Assembly (NCBI GenBank): GCA_965197425.1
Contig: CBDANC010000013.1
Span: forward strand, 226,243-290,242
Source of the DNA: Bdellovibrionales bacterium
GTDB taxonomy: Bacteria; Bdellovibrionota; Bdellovibrionia; Bdellovibrionales; JAUICD01
Reading direction: 5' to 3'
Length of the DNA stretch: 64,000 nt
Position numbers and translations under genes: made by a program. The notes beneath the pieces are model-generated. The model saw nothing but the letters and a program-made list of their open reading frames with translations. It was not told the origin of the DNA and ran no database searches. This document shows, piece by piece, positions 46,590 to 56,500 of this stretch (positions are counted from its first letter, which is position 1; each line of letters starts with the position of its first letter).

Positions 46590-47687
46590 TCATACATTAA
46601 ACTTGAAAAACAATATATCACCATCTCGCACCACATAATCTCTGCCCTCAGACCTATACAAGCCCTTTAGCTTAACCTCATTTTCTGACCCAAGCTTAAA
46701 TAGATCATCGCAGTGATATTTTTCTGCCCTTATGAACCCTCTTTCAAAATCAGAGTGTATTTTGCCAGCAGCTTGAGATGCCACCGTGTCTTTCTGTATA
46801 CTCCAAGAACGTACCTCCTTCTGTCCTGCAGTAAAAAAAGTAATTAAATCAAGCTGCCTATAAGAAGCCAGTATTAACCTATCTAGACCAGAACTAGAAA
46901 GACTCATCGATTCTAAATACAAACCTCTCTCACTTTCAGGTAGCCTAGCAATTTCCTCTTCAATCTTAGAGCATATGCTTAAAACCTCACTCTCATGCGA
47001 AAATTTTCGAAAAACCTCTTGCGAGAGTTTATCATTACCCCCTTCATCTACATTGCAGAGATAAATAACAGGCTTACCTGTGATCAAAAAAAGATCTTCA
47101 ATATCCAAAATTCTCTTAAAACTTTTAGCAAAGCTACCATCACCTATGTGAGATAATAACTGCTCCGTAAGATCGATTTGCTTTTTTAAAGATGGATCAC
47201 CTTTTGCTTTGACCTTTAGTTTTTTAATCCTAGCTTCTACAGTATTTATATCCGCTAATAATAGTTCCGTATTAATAATCTCAATGTCTCTTAGCGGATT
47301 TACAGAGACTCCGCTTGTAACGGAAACTCCACTTGTAACTGTCTCTGAAACATGAGTAATATTAGAATCTTCGAAGCACCTTACAACATGAATTATTATA
47401 TCTGTTTCTCTGATGTGACTTAAAAACTTATTGCCAAGCCCCTCTCCAACAGAGGCCCCCTTTACAAGTCCTGCTATATCTACAAACTCAATTGTGGAAG
47501 GTATAGTTTTCTCTGGCTTAAAAATCTCACTGATTTTATTAAGTCTCTTATCGGGAACAACCACCACACCTACATTTGGCTCTATTGTGCAGAATGGATA
47601 GTTGCTACTTTCGGCATTAGCATTTGTTAAAGCATTAAATAGTGTACTCTTCCCTACATTGGGAAGGCCCACGATTCCACATTTCAT
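46590..47687 (-). CDS. ychF: redox-regulated ATPase YchF
   Basis: Begins [22 protein letters not shown]-terminal TGS/YchF domain ([20 protein letters not shown]). Contains an extra VTSGVS x2 insert. Confidence 0.92.
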   Translation of the reverse strand: MKCGIVGLPNVGKSTLFNALTNANAESSNYPFCTIEPNVGVVVVPDKRLNKISEIFKPEKTIPSTIEFVDIAGLVKGASVGEGLGNKFLSHIRETDIIIHVVRCFEDSNITHVSETVTSGVSVTSGVSVNPLRDIEIINTELLLADINTVEARIKKLKVKAKGDPSLKKQIDLTEQLLSHIGDGSFAKSFKRILDIEDLFLITGKPVIYLCNVDEGGNDKLSQEVFRKFSHESEVLSICSKIEEEIARLPESERGLYLESMSLSSSGLDRLILASYRQLDLITFFTAGQKEVRSWSIQKDTVASQAAGKIHSDFERGFIRAEKYHCDDLFKLGSENEVKLKGLYRSEGRDYVVRDGDILFFKFNV

Positions 47688-47690
47688 AGA

Positions 47691-48251
47691 TCACCTAAAA
47701 TCTTTTCTGTTGCACTGAACTGCTGCCTTGAAACCGTCTTTTATAAATTTCTCAACACATACAACAGTGTAAGACAAAAGTTCTTCTATGCACTCCAATT
47801 CTTCAGGCTGAAATTTGCCCAGTACATGATTATGAGTACTGTCAGATTTTCCAATGCCAATTTTAAGTCTGTTATAACCCTGGCTATTTAACTTGTCTGA
47901 AATATCTTGCACTCCATTATGTCCTCCAGAACCTCTATCAGATTGAAACTTAACAGCTCCAAACTTTTGATCTACGTCATCATGAATCACCAACAAATTA
48001 TCCAAAGAAATTTTATAATAATTAACCAAGGATAAAACAGGACCACCAGAATTATTCATAAAAATAATAGGCTTTGCAAAAATACAAGGTGTTTCCTCAA
48101 TAGATATTTTGTGTACTAATGCGCTGTGATTTTCTTTTGGCGCAGAAGCGCCATGCTTTTTTACGAAAGAATCGACCACCGCAAAACCAATGTTATGCCT
48201 AGTATTGTGGTATTTTTCACTGGGGTTTCCTAAACCAACTATCAGAAGCAT
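47691..48251 (-). CDS. pth: peptidyl-tRNA hydrolase
   Basis: Begins MLLIVGLGNPSEKYHNTRHNIGF. Later GGHNGVQDI. Confidence 0.92.
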   Translation of the reverse strand: MLLIVGLGNPSEKYHNTRHNIGFAVVDSFVKKHGASAPKENHSALVHKISIEETPCIFAKPIIFMNNSGGPVLSLVNYYKISLDNLLVIHDDVDQKFGAVKFQSDRGSGGHNGVQDISDKLNSQGYNRLKIGIGKSDSTHNHVLGKFQPEELECIEELLSYTVVCVEKFIKDGFKAAVQCNRKDFR

Positions 48252-48267
48252 TTAAGATTCCACGGTT

Positions 48268-48924
48268 TTATGATTTTTTATCACCAGTATCAGCTGGCTG
48301 TTCATCCTCTTTTTTATCTTCGATAGCCTCGTCAGCAGCTTCCTCTTGTTTAGGGATTTCTGATTCTTTGATTTGTTTCACAGAACACACCGCTATATTC
48401 TCTGTAGTAGTAAATTTCACACTCTCTGGTGCCTCAATGTCTGAAACATGTATTGTGTCCCCTATATCAAGAGGAGTAATATCAACCACAAGATGAGTTG
48501 GAATATCAGATGGCAAGCACTCTACTTCTAGGTTTCTTGTCTGAATTTCCAACTGTCCACCACTAGCTTCACCCTTGGCCTTACCCTCAAATTTAAGCTC
48601 AACAGATACCTTAACCTTAGTTGTCTTGCTAGTAGCATAAAAATCAACATGGATAGGTTTTCTACTAACAGGATCTCTTTCTATTTTTTTGATCAAAACA
48701 TGCTTAGAGTTTAAATCATTCGAACTAGAGTTTAATACAAAAATATGGTTTTCAAACTCGTGACCAGAATACTTTTCCAAAAGCCTGCGATCCAAACAAA
48801 CTGGCATATTTTTAACACCAGAGCCATATACAATGGCTGGAACATAATTCATTCTTCTTGCTCTTCTAGAGTGTCCTTTTCCAACTTCTCTTGGTTCAAC
48901 CTTAAGTGTAATTTCTTTGCTCAT
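48268..48924 (-). CDS. rplY: 50S ribosomal protein L25 / general stress protein Ctc
   Basis: 218 aa. Motifs RR.N.VPAIVYG and HVDF. Acidic C-terminal tail. Position between prs and pth. Confidence 0.88.
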   Translation of the reverse strand: MSKEITLKVEPREVGKGHSRRARRMNYVPAIVYGSGVKNMPVCLDRRLLEKYSGHEFENHIFVLNSSSNDLNSKHVLIKKIERDPVSRKPIHVDFYATSKTTKVKVSVELKFEGKAKGEASGGQLEIQTRNLEVECLPSDIPTHLVVDITPLDIGDTIHVSDIEAPESVKFTTTENIAVCSVKQIKESEIPKQEEAADEAIEDKKEDEQPADTGDKKS

Positions 48925-48933
48925 AAAATACCC

Positions 48934-49881
48934 TTATAAAAATAATGAACTTACCGATTCCCTTTTATGTATACACAAAATAGCCTCCGCAATCATCTGA
49001 GCCATTGAAACAACTTTTAAGTTGCTATAAGCCTTTGCATTTTCTACTTGCGGGATGGTATCTGTAACCCAAACATCTCTCAAACCACTATTGTTTAAAA
49101 GCCCCAGTGCTTTGTTAGAAAAGATTCCATGAGTTACAATGGCCGACACTTGTTCTGCACCATTTTTTATCAAAATGTCAACCGATTGTATCAAAGTACC
49201 AGCAGTATCTATCATATCATCAAAAATAATAGCTCTTTTCCCTGTAACATCTCCAATAAGGCTATGAGCTTTCGCCTCATTAGGCCTTGGCCGCCTCTTG
49301 TCGATCACAGCAACTGGAGCATTTACACGGTTTGCAAAATGCAAAGCCCTTTCTACACCACCAGCATCAGGGCTAATAACCACATAATCCACCTTGTCTG
49401 AAACTTGTGCTTCCCACTGTTTTGCAAAGGCACGACCGGATAATAAATTATCAACAGGTATGTCAAAAAAGCCCTGTATCTGAGGAGCATGTAGATCAAC
49501 CGACAGCAATCTATCTGCACCAGCCTTGGATATTAAATTTGCCACAAGTTTTGCAGATATAGGAGTTCTTGGAGTGGATTTTTTATCTTGCCTAGAATAG
49601 CCGTAGTAAGGAACAATGGCCGTAATTTTATCAGCGGATGCACGCTTTAAAGCATCCACAAAGATTAAAAGCTCCATTAAATTTTCATTTACAGGCGGAC
49701 AAGTACTCTGAATGACATACACATCTTGACCTCTTACATTTTCATTTATCGATAAATGTATTTCCCCATCTTGGAAGCGCTTTAAAGTACAGTCCCCCAA
49801 AGGAATTCCCAAACAAGATGCTATTTTTTGGTTTAGGTCTGGGTTGGAATTTCCACCAAAAACTTTTATGTTGCTATCCAT
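48934..49881 (-). CDS. prs: ribose-phosphate pyrophosphokinase
   Basis: Motifs KVFGGNSNPDL, YYGYSRQDKK, DLHAPQIQGFF and DDMIDTAGT. ATG at 49881. Confidence 0.92.
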   Translation of the reverse strand: MDSNIKVFGGNSNPDLNQKIASCLGIPLGDCTLKRFQDGEIHLSINENVRGQDVYVIQSTCPPVNENLMELLIFVDALKRASADKITAIVPYYGYSRQDKKSTPRTPISAKLVANLISKAGADRLLSVDLHAPQIQGFFDIPVDNLLSGRAFAKQWEAQVSDKVDYVVISPDAGGVERALHFANRVNAPVAVIDKRRPRPNEAKAHSLIGDVTGKRAIIFDDMIDTAGTLIQSVDILIKNGAEQVSAIVTHGIFSNKALGLLNNSGLRDVWVTDTIPQVENAKAYSNLKVVSMAQMIAEAILCIHKRESVSSLFL

Positions 49882-49921
49882 ATACAATACCGTTAGAACG
49901 CAAAAACAAAAAAGTCAACTT

Positions 49922-50250
49922 AAGGTCTCAGCAAGAACTGAAAGTTGCCTAGGCGAAATGCAGTGCAAAGCACAAGTGTAGCCAAGGTACTCTCAGTATC
50001 AGAGTTGCCCAGCTCCGTAGGTATAAATACGACAAGAGTCACTTAAGATCTTCTTCAGGCACACTGGCAAACAGGCAATCAATACAAGTTGATAGACAAA
50101 TAATCTCTGTTAGGCAAAACTACTAAAAAGGTCTTCGCTAAAACTGAAAGTTGCCTAGGCGAAATGCAGTGCAAAGCACAAATGTAGCCAAGGTACTTTC
50201 AGTATTAGCGTTGCCCAGCAATGTAGGTATAAATACAACAAGAGTCACTT
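49922..50250 (+). repeat. two 123-bp A-element copies (49922-50044 and 50128-50250) separated by an 83-bp spacer
   Basis: Direct repeats about 88% identical by eye. The second copy ends 1 nt before the ATG at 50252. The spacer carries ctggcaaacaggcaatc (GGCAA motifs). Confidence 0.85.
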
Positions 50251-50251
50251 T

Positions 50252-52327
50252 ATGAAAAAATTTAAACAACATGACAAATTTGTTTTAATTCAAAACATTT
50301 TTGATCTACTTGCACTTATTTCGATGGTGATTTTATTTTTTCATTTTGCACCGAGTGATCTGTTTAACACACTACCCGCCACCGGAGGAGACACAGGTTC
50401 ACATTTTTGGCCAGTATACACACTCCACCACTACGGTATACCAAACTTAGATTTCAGACTATGGAATCCAGGTAACATAGGTGGAGAACCACAACTGATA
50501 CACTACTTTCCACTACCCTTTATTTTGATGGCACTTCTAGGATTTATCATGGATTTAGGACTAGCATTCAATTTGGGCACAGCGCTTGGAACATTTGCTT
50601 TACCCTTTGTTGTATATGCTTCTATTAGAATTATAGGACATAAATTCCCTGCTCCCATTATCACGGCTTTTTTCACAATACCCTTCATATACAGTGAAAC
50701 TTACTCCATATTTGGTGGAAATTTTTTATCTACTATGTCTGGGCAGTTTGCACATGCATATGCTATTTGTTTTTTAATACTAGCTGTTGCATTTATTATA
50801 AGAGCTATTAAAAAAAATCGTGTTTCTGCTGCAGGGATTATCCTGCTATCCATGACAGCCCTGTCACATGCGTATATATTTTTAATAGCACCATTCTTTT
50901 TTCTGTCTATTTTGGTGTTAGCTAGAAAAGAAGAAAGATTTAAATGGTTAAAAATATTTTTTGTAACAGGGGTGATGACCTTGCTTATAACTTGTTGGCT
51001 GATATGGCCAATGATAGACCACCAACCTTGGATGACCCCCAATCCTATGGTATTTGGAGTCGATGGGTTCAAAGATGTTTTTGTCTCAAGAATGTTATAC
51101 CCAGCAGGCATTTTTATGTTTCTTGCTACTATTGTTTTACTGTTTAGAAAACAAGGGCAAATTTTTAGAGATGTTTTGGTGTGGGTGATCCCTGCCATAA
51201 CTTATGTTGGTTTATTTTTTCTTCTACCAAAATTTGGACTAGTGGATGCAAGGGCATTGCCACAAACTCTTTTATTTAGCTTAATAGCTGCAGGTATGCT
51301 TACCGCTTGTTGTATTAAGTCTACCAAGTACAGAATCATACCTTTCATAATGGTCCCTATAATATCAGCAAGTTTGGTTACTTGGACTATTTTACATGTG
51401 AAGGCTTTACCTCATTGGATGAAGTGGAATTACTCTGGCTGGCAGGACAAAAAACACTATGTGTTTGTTAGGTCAATATCAGAAGCTTTAGAACCTGGAT
51501 TTGATAAGCCTAGAGTTATCTACGAACATCATCCTGAATTGAATCAAGCAGGTACTACAAGAGTTTTTGAAATGTTACCTTACTTTGCCAAAAGAGCCAC
51601 TATGGAAGGGCTTTATCTACAAAGCTCTCTGTTGTCTCCTGCATCCTTATATCTACAATCGCAAATTAGCACAAATCCTAGCTGTGCTGTAAAACAATTT
51701 AAGTGTACAAATCTATCCTTTGATACTTTAAAAAATAAAATGGATCTTAATGCTGTAAGCTCAATTATCGTTATAACAAAAAAGGTGAAGGATAGTGCCA
51801 ACAATTACAAAGATTTAGTGCTTCACAGTGCGCATGGCCCTTATAGTATTTATACTTTAAAGTATGAACCTAAATATGCAACACCACTAACTGGAAATGC
51901 TAGTTTGATGGAATACAAAAATGAGTGGAGATTTGAAGCACATGATTGGTTTATGAATTATGACGGAGAAAATAATTGGAAAATAGTTGATCTCCCTGGA
52001 TTAAATAATTCTGAATTTATAGAGGCTATTTTGAGTAATAAAGTTTCTGACTGCAACACAAAAGTTGAAGTAGATTTTAATGGATTTGAGTTTTCAACCT
52101 CCTGTCCTGGAGTGCCACATATATTGAAGTTTGCATATCAAGATTCTTTTAAGAACTCATCTGATCTTCCTATGTACTTAGTAGCTCCTGGTATGATTGG
52201 CTTTATTCCAAATGAGGAAAAGACTATTTTTGAGTTTGGACAGAAGTTAAGTTGGAAAGTTGCAGATTATGTTTCTTTATTAAGTTTCATACTTATCTTT
52301 TTTGTAAGACAAAAATTCCGTCCCTAG
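50252..52327 (+). CDS. large polytopic membrane protein with C-terminal soluble domain (GT-C-like architecture, function unknown)
   Basis: 691 aa. About 12 predicted TM helices in the first 400 aa, followed by a roughly 270-aa hydrophilic domain and a terminal TM. The fold assignment is only an architectural impression. Confidence 0.55.
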   Translation: MKKFKQHDKFVLIQNIFDLLALISMVILFFHFAPSDLFNTLPATGGDTGSHFWPVYTLHHYGIPNLDFRLWNPGNIGGEPQLIHYFPLPFILMALLGFIMDLGLAFNLGTALGTFALPFVVYASIRIIGHKFPAPIITAFFTIPFIYSETYSIFGGNFLSTMSGQFAHAYAICFLILAVAFIIRAIKKNRVSAAGIILLSMTALSHAYIFLIAPFFFLSILVLARKEERFKWLKIFFVTGVMTLLITCWLIWPMIDHQPWMTPNPMVFGVDGFKDVFVSRMLYPAGIFMFLATIVLLFRKQGQIFRDVLVWVIPAITYVGLFFLLPKFGLVDARALPQTLLFSLIAAGMLTACCIKSTKYRIIPFIMVPIISASLVTWTILHVKALPHWMKWNYSGWQDKKHYVFVRSISEALEPGFDKPRVIYEHHPELNQAGTTRVFEMLPYFAKRATMEGLYLQSSLLSPASLYLQSQISTNPSCAVKQFKCTNLSFDTLKNKMDLNAVSSIIVITKKVKDSANNYKDLVLHSAHGPYSIYTLKYEPKYATPLTGNASLMEYKNEWRFEAHDWFMNYDGENNWKIVDLPGLNNSEFIEAILSNKVSDCNTKVEVDFNGFEFSTSCPGVPHILKFAYQDSFKNSSDLPMYLVAPGMIGFIPNEEKTIFEFGQKLSWKVADYVSLLSFILIFFVRQKFRP

Positions 52328-52528
52328 TTTTTTATCAAAAAAAGACATATCTGAACTATTGTTAGTTCTTCTATTTTTTGTTAGAGCATAGAGGCTAATA
52401 GAAGTTAAAGCTAATGTTACACCATCAGTATTAAAGTGGGCCAATTAGGAAGGAGATTTTAGCGGCAATCCTCATATCCCCTAAGCCTTACAGGCCTGGA
52501 TAATACCGAACTTACAAAATAAGCGAGG

Positions 52529-53248
52529 TTATCTCGTAGGGAATACTACACCTATTGCTAGACTCTTATTTTCCTCTTGCTGTAACGCAGATAATGTAAA
52601 ATCCATATCATCAATGAAGCTAGAGTCATTGCCGTCTGAATTAAATGCCACTCGATTATCTCTAGTTAATAAACCTTTAACTAAATCAAAAGTTTTCCAT
52701 GCAGCTAAACCTGATAGAGTAGCAACACTTATGTTTCGAACAGTGCTATTCCCCCAATCTACACCAGAAGCCAAATCAATAACTTCCCACACACGTAAAC
52801 CACCAAAACCCAATAAACTTACTAATGCAGCAGTATCATATCCTTTTGCAGCAAATGCAAAAGTACCAACCGCAGTACCCAACTGACCAAAAGTAAAAAT
52901 AGCTCCATTACTCTCGGACCAACGGCCTTGAATGGCATGACCCACACCAAATGGAACAAATGACCCCACACTTAATCCTCCTATAGGTCTATATGACTCA
53001 TCTTCTGAGTCATTAACACTTAATTGGCTGTAAATTTGATGATAAGAATTATTGTTATACTCCAACTTACCCATAACAAAAGACTCCACCGCATTTCTTA
53101 TGGCTTGATGCCCTACAGCTTCATCTTGGGTACTCGCTACAAATAAAATGACCTCATCATCATTTAAATTAAAATTTAACTTGTCAGATGCACTAGCTGT
53201 GTAGCTTCCAAAAATAAAAATTATTAGAAAAATTTTTTTTAAACTCAT
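52529..53248 (-). CDS. exported protein with Gly-rich (glycine-zipper-like) membrane segments
   Basis: ATG at 53248 after a GGAGGA SD. Signal KKIFLIIFIFGSYTASA. GGLSVGSFVPFGVGHAIQG and GQLGTAVGTFAFAA segments. Confidence 0.6.
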   Translation of the reverse strand: MSLKKIFLIIFIFGSYTASASDKLNFNLNDDEVILFVASTQDEAVGHQAIRNAVESFVMGKLEYNNNSYHQIYSQLSVNDSEDESYRPIGGLSVGSFVPFGVGHAIQGRWSESNGAIFTFGQLGTAVGTFAFAAKGYDTAALVSLLGFGGLRVWEVIDLASGVDWGNSTVRNISVATLSGLAAWKTFDLVKGLLTRDNRVAFNSDGNDSSFIDDMDFTLSALQQEENKSLAIGVVFPTR

Positions 53249-53335
53249 GGCAAAATCCTCCAAGATACTCAGTAAAGTATACAACCTATTTTAAAAAATT
53301 TTGAAAAAAAATCTAGGACTAGACTTTTGACCTTT

Positions 53336-53459
53336 AAGGTCTTTAAGTGAGTCAAAAACATGGATTAAGCGGAGCATAGAACAGGGTCCAAACGAAGCAA
53401 ATCTAAGTTTTGGACTCAGTGTTGCTCAGCTTTGTAGGTTTAAATACGACAAAACTCAC
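53336..53459 (+). repeat. A-element copy
   Basis: Starts AAGGTCTTTAAG and ends GTGTTGCTCAGCTTTGTAGGTTTAAATACGACAAAACTCAC. Lies between the giant-gene stop and the start of the 239-aa gene. Confidence 0.65.
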
Positions 53460-53507
53460 ATTATAAAAAGGAAGGTTCAAGACAACTTAAGCCTTATAAT
53501 ATTAAAT

Positions 53508-56500
53508 CTAACTTCCAGATGATTCTACACACTGACCAGTATTGGTATCTTCATAGATATGCGTACGGTAATAGTTCTGTTGGTCATCTATTTCCCCCAG
53601 ATAGCCATACTCACCTTCCATGTTGCCTATACTGTTGCCCTCACTGGATACGATAGACACAATATCTTCTAAATGGCTGTAGTCTTTTGAATAAAAGTAG
53701 TTTCTTAATTTAATTCTATAGATAGCATTGCTACACACATAGTGATCTTGATCTTGTATTCTAATTTGTGATTTATACAGTCCATCCGCTAGATCTCTAT
53801 CTACATAGATCTCAACAGTTATCTCACCATTACCATCAGCTATTGGATTTCCTAATAAGTTATCTCCAACTCCATCTGCATTGTCATCTATTGGTTCACA
53901 TTCTTCATAGTTGGTGACATCATTTGTACCATCGTCATTAGTATCACAGTCCACTTCCACTAATTCAACCACCTTAGCTACCTCAGATTCAGAAATTCTC
54001 TTGTTGAAATAGTTGCCACTGCTAATGGTTTCTTCTGGATCGACATAACCAACAATACCATCAAATAAAATTTCTATTGTGTGATCTTTTGGTACTATGT
54101 ACTCTATATTACTTCCTGATCTTGAAATAATACTATCATCACTGTCATCTTTAAAAGAAATGGCTGCGGTTGGAATGCCAATACATCCCACTTTATCACC
54201 AACATCATCTATAACTGTAAACACTCCACTACTGCCAGCATCGCATGCATCTTCTTCTAGATGAAAGATTATATGAGTTGCTACTGTTGGCAGATAACCA
54301 TCCACCAAATTATCTGCCCTATATGCGTCTGGAGCATCAGATTTAAAGACATAGTTTTCTAGTTCCACTACATGATCACCTGTGATCGTTTTAGTACAAG
54401 TTTCAAGAATTGGATTACCGTTCTCATCTAATAACGGATTACCATCCTCATCACGTGCTATGCATTCATATTCAATCTCAGAAGTAGCACTTAATCCATT
54501 ATCAGGAGGTTCTATTATGATATAAGACCCATTTGCATCAACACCCACAGTAATTTTATCTATGGTATATTCTGTTCCCATTTTATTTCTTCCGGTAGTA
54601 CAATCTGTGTAGTCCTGTGCTGAATCACTGTCACATTCATCTATTTGTCTAATATCAACCATATCAAACACTCTTTGTAAGCTCAGTGTTTCCCAACCTT
54701 GCTCTACTATATAAGCAATTTCTCCGTTAAATCTAATTGTTAAAACAGCATCTCTAGGTACAACAAATGCACGGCCAGCTTCCCTGCTAATATTCTGTCC
54801 ATCACTAGTTGTAAATTCAAATGTAGGAGTTGGAAGTTTTATACATTCAGCATTTTGACCATCTTTTCTAAGCTGGAAGTAACCCAATTCACCTCTAGCA
54901 CATGGGGTATTACGTGTACCAACATAAAATGCAGAGGTTCTAGTAGCTCTCTGTAGATAATCACTTCTATTATCACTAACTGAAACCGCCTGAGCATCTG
55001 AATCTCTAACATAACCCTCTATCTCTACAGAGTAATCTCCATCTAGATAACCACCAACAGGAGGCTCAATTTTAATACGATGATTACCTGAAACAACCTC
55101 AACACTTAACTGTTCTAGACCTATTGAATCACCAATTAAATTACTACCTCCATTAACACTAGAAATCTCAAGCATATCCAACAAATGATTATTAGATAAT
55201 ATCTCAAAATCTCCATCATCATCTATGTGAGAAACTTTAGAGTCAAAGTCTACTGTAATAACAACATCATCAGCACCATTAGACGAACTATAAGAAACAT
55301 CAACCACAGAAAGCTCTATACACTCAGCATCCTGACCATCTCTTTTAAGCTGGAAGTAACCTGATTCACCTCTAGCACACGGAGTATTACGTGTACCAAC
55401 ATAAAACGCAGAAGTCTTCGTAGCTCTTTGTAGATAATCACCTCTATTATCACTAACTGAAACTGCCTGAACATCTAAATCTCTAACATAACCCTCTATC
55501 TCTACAGAGTAATCTCCATCTAGATAACCACCAACAGGAGGCTCAATTTTAATACGATGATTACCTGAAACAACCTCAACACTCAACTGCTCTAGACCTA
55601 TTGAATCACCAATTAAATTACTACCACCATTAACACCAGAAATCTCAAGCATATCCAACAAATGATTATTAGAAACTTGCTCAAAATCTCCATTATCATC
55701 TAAGTAAGAAACCGTAGAATCAAAATCTACCGTAATAACAACATCATCAGCACCATTAGACGAACTATAAGAAACATCAACCACAGAAAGCTCTATACAC
55801 CCAGCATCCTGACCATCTCTTCTAAGTTGGAAGTAACCCGCTTCACCCCTGGCACATGGAGTATTACGTGTACCCACATAAAATGCAGAAGTCCTCGTAG
55901 CTTTCTGTAGATAATCATCTCTATTATCACTAACTGAAACCGCCTGAGCATCTGAATCTCTAACATAACCCTCTATCGATACAGCGTAATCCCCATCTAG
56001 ATAACCACCAACAGGAGGCTCAATTTTAATACGATGACTACCTGAAACAACCTCCACACTCAACTGCTCTAGACCTATTGAATCACCAATTAAATTACCA
56101 CCACCATTAACACGCGAAATCTCAAGCATCTCCAACAAATGATTGTTAGATAAACCCTCAAAATCTCCATCACCTTCTATATGAGCAACTCTGGAATCAA
56201 AACCTACCGTAATAACAACATCATCAGCACCATTAAACGAATCATAAGAAACATCAACCGCAGAAAGCTTTATACACTCAGCATCTTGACCATCTTTTCT
56301 AAGCTGGAAGTAACCCGATTCACCCCTAGTACAAGGAGTTTCTGGATTCTCCACATAAAATACAGAATGCTTCTTGATTAGAGATAAATATCTAGTCCTA
56401 CTGCTATCTCCAGTACCTTCACTATTAAGAATGGAGTTTGCGTCCGAAAGCTTAGCATAATTTTCTATCGAAATCTCATAGTCATTCTCATCATAACCCC

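Noticed and set aside
49922-50250. Small GTG-initiated ORFs (36-41 aa, MTLVVFIPT.LGN...) on the reverse strand of the A-elements, considered as leader peptides or small toxins
   Set aside because: The frame is intact only in the two tandem copies. The copies at 4.4 kb and 44.1 kb have an in-frame stop just upstream and no start, and the 53.4 kb copy stops after 18 codons. Substitutions between copies are not biased toward synonymous changes. Conservation therefore appears to be at the DNA/RNA level.
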